This document shows, in pieces, positions 1-8,623 of a DNA stretch of 53,152 nt (position 1 is the stretch's first letter; every line of letters begins with the position of its first letter). The position numbers and the translations under genes were made by a program. The DNA is from an uncultured Gemmatimonadales bacterium (GTDB taxonomy: Bacteria > Pseudomonadota > Gammaproteobacteria > Pseudomonadales > IMCC2047). The notes under the pieces are model-generated. The model did not search any database. It was not told the DNA's origin and worked only from the letters and a program-made list of their open reading frames with translations. The stretch covers positions 1-53,152 of the forward strand of contig CAXMOT010000038.1 in assembly GCA_964195105.1 (NCBI GenBank), given 5' to 3'.

Positions 1-59
1 AGCCTGATGGTTTGGTTGGCGAACAAACACTCGCCGCCAATAGACATCAAGCGAAGTTC

Positions 60-415
60 GGGGGCGACCTGGCTTCGACGTGGGTTACAAAACTTGCTGT
101 TGCATGCCGAGATGGCAGCCAATCTCGTAAATCCAAAGCTGTAAACTATTAGTTGCCAACGACGACAACTACGCTCTAGCAGCTTAAACCCTGTTAGCGG
201 TTGCTAGTGGATGCTAGTAAACACGAAACAACCGTCATATAGAACTAGATCGCAGCAAAGCTTGCCTGAGGCAGCGCTGCTAAAAACTTTTCAGGCTCGC
301 TGTTAACGTCCTGCCCGTCGGGCTGGTAACGGTTAAATCAATTGACGGACCTAAGCATGTAGAGACACAAGCAGCGGACTGACGGACGCGGGTTCAATTC
401 CCGCCGCCTCCACCA
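60..415 (+). ncRNA. ssrA: tmRNA (transfer-messenger RNA)
   Basis: 5' GGGGGCG pairs with 3' CGCCTCC-ACCA (alanyl acceptor stem with G3-U); T-arm GGTTCAATTCC; internal tag frame 155-187 reads ANDDNYALAA-stop. Confidence 0.98.
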
Positions 416-420
416 ATAAC

Positions 421-453
421 AAACCCTGCCACCGAAAGGTGGTGGGGTTTTTT
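421..453 (+). terminator. Intrinsic terminator of ssrA (possibly bidirectional)
   Basis: AAACCCTGCCACC-GAAA-GGTGGTGGGGTTTTTT: GC stem, GNRA loop, T run; lies between ssrA and a convergent CDS. Confidence 0.9.
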
Positions 454-500
454 ATTTGGTCGACAGTGAAGCTGAGCCCGGACAGCGGGCTAACGAACGA

Positions 501-1769
501 TTAATTACCCCACAACGCCTGAACCGCATCGTAAACCGGCCTTGCTTCGGTGGTATACCCGCCATTTTCGGCAACAATGCGTACCAAACCAAACCACTCT
601 TCTATGTCATTTGGATCTTGCGAGAGGGAGTCTTGAAGGCTGAATTTCCACCATGCGTCCAGGTACTCGTGAATTGATACACCCGCAATATTAATGGCCG
701 CATTCTGGATATCATTCAAGTTTTGAACGATTCCCGTTGCCTGTTCGGCTTCGGTATTTCCGCCGTAGCCGTAGTTGGGCGGCCCTGCGTGACCGGCGTT
801 AGGCGATACGCTCAAGCCTGTTTCGGTGATCAATAACGGCACACTGGAATGCATGTATTTCAGTTCCTCAACCCAACCCTGGTAAAGCGTGCCACTGGAA
901 GATCCAGGCTGTGTTTGGGGCCGATAATAGGGGACTGCGTATGAATAAACGTTCTGCGAGCGAAAATCCAGGAATGGCGTATCAATTAGATGCACCGTAC
1001 GTATTTCGTTGGAATAAGAAATCAGGGATACCTTATCATAGGTGTCCAGCTCATAACTTCTCAGGTAGTCTGCCATTTCAGCGATAAACGCCTCTGTGGC
1101 GTTAATATCTGTGGCGTAAAAATGATTACCCGCATATGAACTGATGTCCGGGTGCGCCTGGTTGGTAGACAGGATACCGCTCTCGCTCAGCTCATTCCCA
1201 ACCAGGAACGCTACAACCGGCGGATTATTATCCGGATAGGCGCTGTAGACACGATCGACGACGGTTTTTATATAGTTTTTGGATCTTGTCTTGAAGGCTT
1301 CGTCCTGGAAATCATTAACCGCACCATCGAACCAGATGGTTTGTAGTATATTCAGGCCGCCGAGCGCTTTGATTGATTCGTAACAGTATGCCGGTACACC
1401 CCAGAAGCGAACGGTGTTTGCGCCCAGAGCCTTTATGTCGGCGAGGTCCTGGTCAATTCTCGATTCCAGTTCCGCGGGCAGCGCGGACATCACCTCAACC
1501 TCCCAGGGCAAGTACCCCGGTTGGCCGGGAACATAGACCACACCTTTTACATCAAACTGTTCGCCATCCTTAAAAATAAAATCGGTACCGGCAGTAAATT
1601 CATTAGTAGTGCAACTTGATCCCTGCGCCGTGCCGCATGGAGTTTCCGCCGGCTCACCTGGAACGCTCGGGACATCTGACACGCTCGGAGCACCGGGACT
1701 ACTCCCCCCTCCACAACCGTGGAGAAGAACATAAAATATAATAATAAGAAACTTGAATCTGGTATTCAT
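501..1769 (-). CDS. Putative clan GH-A (TIM-barrel) glycoside hydrolase lipoprotein
   Basis: ATG at 1769 follows AGGAG; lipobox LLHG-C then G/S/P linker; motifs KGVVY, IKALGANTVRFW, VGNEL (acid/base), LITETG (nucleophile), WWK...EEWFGL. Exact GH family not determinable by eye. Confidence 0.75.
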   Translation of the reverse strand: MNTRFKFLIIIFYVLLHGCGGGSSPGAPSVSDVPSVPGEPAETPCGTAQGSSCTTNEFTAGTDFIFKDGEQFDVKGVVYVPGQPGYLPWEVEVMSALPAELESRIDQDLADIKALGANTVRFWGVPAYCYESIKALGGLNILQTIWFDGAVNDFQDEAFKTRSKNYIKTVVDRVYSAYPDNNPPVVAFLVGNELSESGILSTNQAHPDISSYAGNHFYATDINATEAFIAEMADYLRSYELDTYDKVSLISYSNEIRTVHLIDTPFLDFRSQNVYSYAVPYYRPQTQPGSSSGTLYQGWVEELKYMHSSVPLLITETGLSVSPNAGHAGPPNYGYGGNTEAEQATGIVQNLNDIQNAAINIAGVSIHEYLDAWWKFSLQDSLSQDPNDIEEWFGLVRIVAENGGYTTEARPVYDAVQALWGN

Positions 1770-1906
1770 AGCCTCTCCTGTGTAATACATAGATGTGAGA
1801 TTGCGCAGGAAGTGATGTGTATCCGGCTCTCGCTATAAGAATAGTACTACACTGGCGGTCCGCATGCGTTGATCCTGTGAATGCGGCTGATTAGCCGGGG
1901 CAGGCG

Positions 1907-3271
1907 CTAAACCGTTTGGCTGAATATCCGGGTTTCCAGCTTATTACGAGTAAGCCTGGCATCAAAACACATGCATAAATTTCGGACGAAAGGCTTTCCC
2001 CGTTCCGGCACAAAAAGCCGCTCCCCTTCAATCACTACCAACCCGTCCTGAACCATCTTATCCAGCCTGGTTAGCCCTTCCAGAAAGGCCGGCGTTTTTA
2101 ACGCGTCATCCTGCCAGGAAGTCTCGAAATGACACATGATATTTAAAATGTGTTGTCGAATAACCAGGTCTTCTTCATTTAACAAATGCCCCCTGAAAAC
2201 AGGCAATTCACCTTGATTTACAATGGCCTGGTACTCATCCACCGTTTTTGCGTTCTGGGCAAAACCATACCAGCTATCCCCGATAGCGGACATACCCAGC
2301 CCGATCATTAATTCTGTTTTGCCAGAGGTATAGCCCATGAAGTTTCGGTGCAAGGTCTTGTCGACCATTGCGGCATAGAGTGAATCCGTTTTAAGCGCAA
2401 AATGATCCATTCCAACCTCGACATAACCTATCTCATCGAGCAACTGTTTGCCTTTTTCATACAGGGCTCGTTTTTCTTCGTCTTTTGGCAAATCATTCTC
2501 ATCGAAGCCGCGCTGCCCTACGCCTTTTATCCATGGCACATGCGCATAGCTGTAAAACGAAATTCGGTCCGGTCTTAGCTGTTTGGTTTTGTTGATGGTG
2601 TCGATTACATTGCTCATGTTTTGCTTTGGTAAACCAAAGATCAAATCATGACTAACAGAGGTATAACCGATCTCCCTCGCCCATTCGGTGACTCGCTTTA
2701 CATTTTCGAACGGCTGCAACCTGTTGATGGTTTTTTGCACCACAGGATCGTAATCCTGTACGCCAAAACTGCATCTTCTGAAGCCCAGATCGAATAACGC
2801 CTGCAGTTGTTCCTTTGTCGTGTTGTTTGGATGTCCCTCAAAGCTAAGCTCATGGTTGTCGGTCAATTGGGCTTTGCCCAACACGCCCTTCATCAATTTT
2901 ATCAAGTTATCAACACTGAAAAATGTCGGTGTTCCGCCTCCCAAATGCAGCTCTTTGATTCTGGGCTTTTCGGGCAAAAGGTTGAGGTATAAATCCCACT
3001 CTTTAAGAACGGTTTCTATATAAGGCTCCTCTACCTCATGCCGTTTGGTGATTCTTTTATGGCAGCCACAAAACGTGCATAGACTCTCGCAAAACGGCAG
3101 GTGTATATAGAGACTGATGCCCTGGGTAGAATTACTTTCGATAAACGAGCGTTGAAATGTCTTTATCCAATCTTCCCTGGATATCCCTTCTTTATCCCAA
3201 AAAGGAACCGTGGGGTATGACGTATACCTTGGCCCCGGAACGTTATATTTTCTAATTAATTCGAGATTCAT
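1907..3271 (-). CDS. hemN: Oxygen-independent coproporphyrinogen III oxidase (radical SAM)
   Basis: GPRYTSYPT, SLYIHLPFCESLCTFCGC (CxxxCxxC), LGGGTPT, MDHFA, LHRNFMGY motifs. Confidence 0.95.
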   Translation of the reverse strand: MNLELIRKYNVPGPRYTSYPTVPFWDKEGISREDWIKTFQRSFIESNSTQGISLYIHLPFCESLCTFCGCHKRITKRHEVEEPYIETVLKEWDLYLNLLPEKPRIKELHLGGGTPTFFSVDNLIKLMKGVLGKAQLTDNHELSFEGHPNNTTKEQLQALFDLGFRRCSFGVQDYDPVVQKTINRLQPFENVKRVTEWAREIGYTSVSHDLIFGLPKQNMSNVIDTINKTKQLRPDRISFYSYAHVPWIKGVGQRGFDENDLPKDEEKRALYEKGKQLLDEIGYVEVGMDHFALKTDSLYAAMVDKTLHRNFMGYTSGKTELMIGLGMSAIGDSWYGFAQNAKTVDEYQAIVNQGELPVFRGHLLNEEDLVIRQHILNIMCHFETSWQDDALKTPAFLEGLTRLDKMVQDGLVVIEGERLFVPERGKPFVRNLCMCFDARLTRNKLETRIFSQTV

Positions 3272-3335
3272 GTCGCTGCAATCACCGCACTCTGCAAATT
3301 AGTTTGAACGTTGCCGCTCTCCCGGTAAAACTGAT

Positions 3336-4730
3336 CTAGCCGTTGATGAACAGATGTACATAGATACTGGCGGCATAGCCCAGCGCAATAACCGGGGTCC
3401 ATTTCAAATGCCCGAAAAACGTATACATCCCGCGGGCCTGCCCCATCAGGGCGACGCCTGCCGCCGAGCCGATAGACAACAGGCTGCCGCCGACTCCTGC
3501 AGTAAGAGTCACCAGTAGCCACTGTTCCTGCGGCATATCCGGATTCATGGTCAGTACCGCAAACATGACCGGAATATTATCGACGATCGCGGACAAAACG
3601 CCTACCAAAATATTGGCCGTTGTGGCGCCGAGCTCGCCATACATATAGCCTGAGGCCAGACCTAGATAGCCAATAAAACCCAACCCGCCTACCGCCAGGA
3701 TGACGCCGTAAAAGAAAAACAGCGTATCCCACTCCGCCTGGGCGATCCGGTCGAATATGTCGTAAGGACGGGCCTGCTGGCTCCCCGGAGGTATCTCGGC
3801 ACTGTCGATCACCGCATGGGACTTCCTGCGCAGGTAGAAGCCGAAAAGTTTGAGGTATGCCAAGCCTAACATCATCCCGAATACGGGGGGTATGTGGAGG
3901 AAATTATGGAAACTCACGGCCGTCACAATCGTTGCCAGGAACAGCATGACGATGACGATTCCGCCGAGCTTGATGGCAGCATCATCGGTGGTCGAGCCGC
4001 CCGGTTTCCCGGAGGGCACCGCGAACTGCATGATCAACGCCGGAATCACGAAGTTAACGACCGAGGGAATAAATAACTGAAAGAAATCCGCGAATGCGAT
4101 GACGCCCTTCTGCCACACCATCAATGTAGTGATGTCACCAAAGGGACTGAAGGCGCCGCCCGCGTTCGCGGCCACCACGATATTGATGCACCCCACTGAG
4201 ATAAACCCGGGCTGTTCCTTGCCCACTGCCATAATGACCGCACACATAATCAAGGCGGTCGTCAGGTTATCCGCCAGCGGTGAGATGCAGAAAGCCAGCA
4301 CACCCGTCAACCAGAACAGGGCCCGGTAACTCAAGCCATGGTTGACCAGCCAGCTGCGCAAGGCGTCGAATACGCCACGTTCCAGCATGGCGTTTATATA
4401 GGTCATGGCCACCAGCAGGAAGAAAAACAGCTCCGCGTACTCCAGGAAGTTATGGCGTATCGCCTGCTCAACGCTGTGGGTGATCCCCTGTTGATTATAG
4501 AAGATCGCAATCAGGATCCAGATAATGCCCGCGGCAAACAATACCGGCTTGGATTTCCTGAGATGAATTTTCTCCTCAAGTATTACCAGCAGATAGGCCG
4601 CCGCAAAGATGGCAAGCGCCGCATAACCCACCCAACTTTGGGTCAGGTTCAAGGTCGACTCAGCCGAACTCGAGGCAAACACGACGGAAGGCGTAAAGGC
4701 GGCAAAAATGAGCAAGAGACAAGTTGGCAT
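3336..4730 (-). CDS. nhaD: Na+/H+ antiporter, NhaD family
   Basis: Polytopic membrane protein with KSKP, ADNLTTAL, ANAGGAFSPFGDITTLMVW, SAIVDNIPV, GGSLLSIGSAAGVA motifs. Confidence 0.92.
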   Translation of the reverse strand: MPTCLLLIFAAFTPSVVFASSSAESTLNLTQSWVGYAALAIFAAAYLLVILEEKIHLRKSKPVLFAAGIIWILIAIFYNQQGITHSVEQAIRHNFLEYAELFFFLLVAMTYINAMLERGVFDALRSWLVNHGLSYRALFWLTGVLAFCISPLADNLTTALIMCAVIMAVGKEQPGFISVGCINIVVAANAGGAFSPFGDITTLMVWQKGVIAFADFFQLFIPSVVNFVIPALIMQFAVPSGKPGGSTTDDAAIKLGGIVIVMLFLATIVTAVSFHNFLHIPPVFGMMLGLAYLKLFGFYLRRKSHAVIDSAEIPPGSQQARPYDIFDRIAQAEWDTLFFFYGVILAVGGLGFIGYLGLASGYMYGELGATTANILVGVLSAIVDNIPVMFAVLTMNPDMPQEQWLLVTLTAGVGGSLLSIGSAAGVALMGQARGMYTFFGHLKWTPVIALGYAASIYVHLFING

Positions 4731-4820
4731 AATTGATTGAGCGCGTGTGGTATGGTTGCGCCGAACTATACCCGTTATTCCTCTTTTGGCAATCCGCCGA
4801 TGGTCTTAAATCCAGACTCC

Positions 4821-4834
4821 TTGATATGTGTCAA
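4821..4834. promoter_or_regulatory. Candidate FNR/Anr/Dnr box
   Basis: TTGAT-ATGT-GTCAA, one mismatch from TTGAT-N4-ATCAA, in the divergent nhaD/nnrS intergenic region. Confidence 0.6.
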
Positions 4835-5007
4835 CGTCATACCGGAGCTAGGTCATCAAACTGGCATCATCGCTCCTGAACTCAACCAATACAGTGGTAG
4901 AATTGGAGCGCTTAAAAAGGTCCATTGCTTAAAATTTCACTTGGGCCACCAACACAACAATCACAACAATCACAACCCAACCTGAGACACCCGAGGGTTT
5001 CCTCTTT

Positions 5008-6186
5008 ATGACTCAACAAAAATCGCACCCCCCTCTGTTCAACCTGGGTTTTCGTCCCTTCTTCTCCGGAGCCTGTGTATTTGCAGCGATAGCTATCACC
5101 TATTGGTTAGCTGTCTACCTGGGGTTAGCGCGCCCTTCAGCGGAGGGCCCAACGCCCTTGCAATGGCATGCTCATGAAATGCTATATGGGTACAGTGTGG
5201 CAGTGATCGCCGGTTTCTTGTTGACCGCTGTTAAAAACTGGACCGGCCAACAGACGCCCCACGGAATTCCTCTCGCAGCATTATTTTCAGTCTGGGCAAT
5301 GGCACGCTTGACCTGGCTTATTGACGCTTCACTCGTTAGTTTGGCCGCTGTTTTTGACCTTTCTTTCACCCTTGCCTTAATTTTTGCAGTGGCTCGCCCA
5401 ATAATAATTACCAAGCAGTGGCGCCAGATGGCCATCCTATCCAAGCTGGTTTTACTGGGCATCGGAAATACCTGTTTTTACCTGGGCATAATGGGCTATC
5501 TCGAGTCCGGTGTTCACATTGCAATATATGGCGCGCTCTACCTGGTCATCGGCCTCATTTTAACCATTGGTCGACGCGTCATTCCGTTTTTTGTGGAGCA
5601 CGGGGTCGGGTATCAAGTGTCGTTATATAATTCGCGCTGGATCGATATTTCCAGCCTGGCTTTTTTCCTGGCATTTTTCGTTTCCGAGCTTTTTCTAAAG
5701 ACTCCCTGGTTATCGCAACTAACCGCATCGGCGATGTTTTTGATTACCACTGTGAGAATTATTGGCTGGTACACCCCCGGTATTTTGAACACACCACTGT
5801 TATGGAGTCTGTTTGCTGCCCTGGGTTTTATTGACCTGGGGTTCTTGCTATTCGCAATACAAAGGTGGGCGTCAATTTCACCCTATCTTCCCACTCATGC
5901 TTTTGCCGTTGGCGGCATTGGCATCATGACCATGGGGATGATGGCTCGCGTTTCTATCGGTCATACCGGTCGCAGCCTGAAAACACTGCCACCGACACTT
6001 CCATGGTGCCTGGGGCTCTTGCTGCTGGGAACTACATTACGGGTAATACTCCCCGCACTGTTTGGGCAACACTACCAGCTATGGATAAGCTTGTCCGGCA
6101 TCTGCTGGGTCGCTGCATTCACACTGTTTGCCTGCGCTTTTTTGCCAATCCTCAGCCGGCCAAGACCCGATCAAAAATACGGCTGA
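5008..6186 (+). CDS. nnrS: NnrS family membrane protein (NO stress)
   Basis: LFNLGFRPFF, WHAHEMLYGY, GFLLTAVKNWTG, GRRVIPFF, MMARVSIGHTGR, RPRPD motifs. Confidence 0.95.
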   Translation: MTQQKSHPPLFNLGFRPFFSGACVFAAIAITYWLAVYLGLARPSAEGPTPLQWHAHEMLYGYSVAVIAGFLLTAVKNWTGQQTPHGIPLAALFSVWAMARLTWLIDASLVSLAAVFDLSFTLALIFAVARPIIITKQWRQMAILSKLVLLGIGNTCFYLGIMGYLESGVHIAIYGALYLVIGLILTIGRRVIPFFVEHGVGYQVSLYNSRWIDISSLAFFLAFFVSELFLKTPWLSQLTASAMFLITTVRIIGWYTPGILNTPLLWSLFAALGFIDLGFLLFAIQRWASISPYLPTHAFAVGGIGIMTMGMMARVSIGHTGRSLKTLPPTLPWCLGLLLLGTTLRVILPALFGQHYQLWISLSGICWVAAFTLFACAFLPILSRPRPDQKYG

Positions 6187-6337
6187 CATTTGCGTGACCC
6201 GAGGAGCCTTGCGCCTGGGGTTACGGTGATTAATAGGGCTGCCAGAAATAACTCCGGCCTACGCACGCGATTACAAACCCTTGCGGGCCATCAAGATTTC
6301 AATGTTACAATCAAGGCAACCACCGATTGATAAAAAA

Positions 6338-7126
6338 ATGGCTGATGATGATATGGCTTCAAGGGTAGTTCCGCTTGAGGGAGGCATAAATTTCCGAGAC
6401 CTGGGCGGCTACCAGAGCCGCGATGGCCGCAGCGTGAAGTGGCGCAAGATATTACGCTCCGGGCACCTGGCCGGCCTCACTGATGCAGATTTAAATGCAT
6501 TGCAGGAGATCGGCATAACCCAGGTTCATGACTTTCGTCGCTCGGAAGAGCAGGACCGCACACCCAGTAGGCCCATTCGTGGCGAGGTTATAAGCGACTA
6601 CCAAATTGGGGTCGGCAGCATGAGTCGTTTCTGGGATTACCTGCTTGGCGGCAAGCTCACTGCACGCAGCGCTCACGAACTCGTCGTTAATTCCTATCGA
6701 GACTGCGTTGCAGATGTCACCCCTCCCTACAGTCGCCTGCTGCGCTTCCTGCTCGAGAACAGCGACAATGCCACGTTATTCCATTGCGCTGCCGGTAAAG
6801 ACAGAACCGGGATGGCCGCCGCGCTTATTCTATCGGCTCTCGATGTCCCCAGGCAGACCATCATCGAAGACTATATGCTAACCCGGGAGCATTACGATTC
6901 GGCGGGGCTGATTGAACTGGTGGAGGAACATTTGCGGAACGCCAATGTGGACTCCTGGCAGCGGGATTGGCTAATACCCTATTGCACCGTGCACGAGGAA
7001 AACATTCTCGCTTTCTATCAAGGCATTGATAATAACTATGGTGATATCGATAATTATTTAACTAACGGGCTAAATCTCACCAAAGCCGACATCGATACGC
7101 TGAAAGACCGCTTTCTGGAGCCGTAG
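6338..7126 (+). CDS. Tyrosine-phosphatase family protein (IphP/Y_phosphatase3-like)
   Basis: NFRDLGGY, LRSG, HCAAGKDRTG (HCxxGxxR active site), DYMLT; start uncertain (ATG 6338 or 6353). Confidence 0.9.
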   Translation: MADDDMASRVVPLEGGINFRDLGGYQSRDGRSVKWRKILRSGHLAGLTDADLNALQEIGITQVHDFRRSEEQDRTPSRPIRGEVISDYQIGVGSMSRFWDYLLGGKLTARSAHELVVNSYRDCVADVTPPYSRLLRFLLENSDNATLFHCAAGKDRTGMAAALILSALDVPRQTIIEDYMLTREHYDSAGLIELVEEHLRNANVDSWQRDWLIPYCTVHEENILAFYQGIDNNYGDIDNYLTNGLNLTKADIDTLKDRFLEP

Positions 7127-7561
7127 CGTCCCGGCCGGCGGCATGGTATCTACGTAATGTAACAACCCGGCAGGTGTTTAAAACCATGCGGCGATGCTCC
7201 ATGCAGGTGCGTGCGCCGTACTGTTTACCGGAACTGAACAACTAAAAAGAGGTTAAATTGTGCTGACGGTTTTTTGTACGTGACAACATACTGCGAAAAA
7301 ACCTTTAAATTCATAAGTTATAACCTTGCCCCCTATCGGACGATACCGTTAGAGGAAAAGATCATTTCACATATACCGTAGCCCGGGAATATACTTCTTC
7401 TCGAAACACCAACCCCGGTTCCAGCCAGGGGACTTCGGGCCTCTCTTGAGGCCCTCTTAATTTCTGGCAAGAGTTTCTGGCTAGAAATTTTCGAATAAAC
7501 CTGTTGAGACCCCCAATCACGGCTGCTAAACCAGCGCCGCACACGATTTTCTGCGCGTGGC

Positions 7562-8578
7562 TCACTCAGCCAGCGGCATTAACCAGTCATCGGGGTCGGC
7601 TATTTCACCGTACTGGATCGCCTGTAATTTTTCGAGCAACATAGACAGCACCGGACCGGCCTGGTCAGCTGAACCGAAGGTCCACTCCTGGTCATCACGT
7701 TGAATCGAACAAATCGGCGTGATAATCGCCGCCGTACCGCACGCGCCCACCTCGGAAAAATCCGCCAGCTCCTCAAGGGCTATCGGCCGGCTTTGGACGG
7801 TGTAGCCCTCAGACTCGGCAATGGCCTGCAAGGTAAGGTTAGTAATGCTCTGTAATATGGCCGGCGAATCCGGCGTGACATACTCCCGCGCGGAGGTAAT
7901 ACCGATAAAATTCGAGGTGCCGAATTCATCGATATATTTGTGCTCTTTGGCATCGGTAAACAACGCGATCGGAAAGCCCTTCTGCTTGGCGATCAGGCCT
8001 GGCTTCATGCCGGCTGCATAGTTGCCGGCCACCTTGGCCTGGCCAGTACCTTGTGGCGCAGCCCGATCATAGTCATCCACAACCAATGCCTTGACCGGTG
8101 AAAAACCGTCCTTGTAGTAAGCGCCAACCGGCGTCACCATGACGATAAACACGTATTCCTCGGATGGGCTGAGCCCTATCGTTGCCTGGGTGCCGATCAG
8201 TAACGGCCGAACATAGAGACTCGCCCCGGTTCCATAGGGCGGCACAAACTCGCGATTATTTTCGATGGCCAGCTTGCAGGTCTCGATGAACAATTCCTGC
8301 GGCGGAGCGACCATACAGACCCGCTCGGCCGAACCTGCCATACGCTGGGCATTGAGCTGGGGACGGAACAGGAAAGCATTCCCATCGGCATGTGAAAATA
8401 CCTTTAGACCCTCAAAACAGGCCTGGCCATAATGCAAACAGTTTGCCGCCACATGCATTTCAAGTGATCGGCTGGCCAGGAACTCGGGCGCCGACCAACT
8501 ACCATCGCGATAGCGAGCAATCGCATAGCCATTAGTATCGAGGTACTCAAACCCCAAGCTCTTCCAGTCCGTCGTCAT
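7562..8578 (-). CDS. ilvE: Branched-chain amino acid aminotransferase
   Basis: LHYGQACFEGLK, VPPYGTGASLYVRP, AKVAGNYAA (PLP lysine), ACGTAAIITP. Confidence 0.93.
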   Translation of the reverse strand: MTTDWKSLGFEYLDTNGYAIARYRDGSWSAPEFLASRSLEMHVAANCLHYGQACFEGLKVFSHADGNAFLFRPQLNAQRMAGSAERVCMVAPPQELFIETCKLAIENNREFVPPYGTGASLYVRPLLIGTQATIGLSPSEEYVFIVMVTPVGAYYKDGFSPVKALVVDDYDRAAPQGTGQAKVAGNYAAGMKPGLIAKQKGFPIALFTDAKEHKYIDEFGTSNFIGITSAREYVTPDSPAILQSITNLTLQAIAESEGYTVQSRPIALEELADFSEVGACGTAAIITPICSIQRDDQEWTFGSADQAGPVLSMLLEKLQAIQYGEIADPDDWLMPLAE

Positions 8579-8623
8579 ACTCTCATTACCCCATGCTGAT
8601 CAGCCATCTCCCGGCCTCTCGCG

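Noticed and set aside
4905-4945. NsrR site before nnrS
   Set aside because: No ATG(C/T)AT-type inverted repeat could be aligned.
416-7560. Integrative island at the ssrA 3' end
   Set aside because: No integrase and no visible duplicated ssrA 3' segment; the native terminator directly follows ssrA. Only composition hints at foreign origin.
7127-7561. sRNA or MITE remnant between the phosphatase gene and ilvE
   Set aside because: Only an 11-bp match (TAGCCCGGGAA, 7379-7389) to the 34.3-kb element end and a 7-bp hairpin GGGCCTC/GAGGCCC; too little to call.
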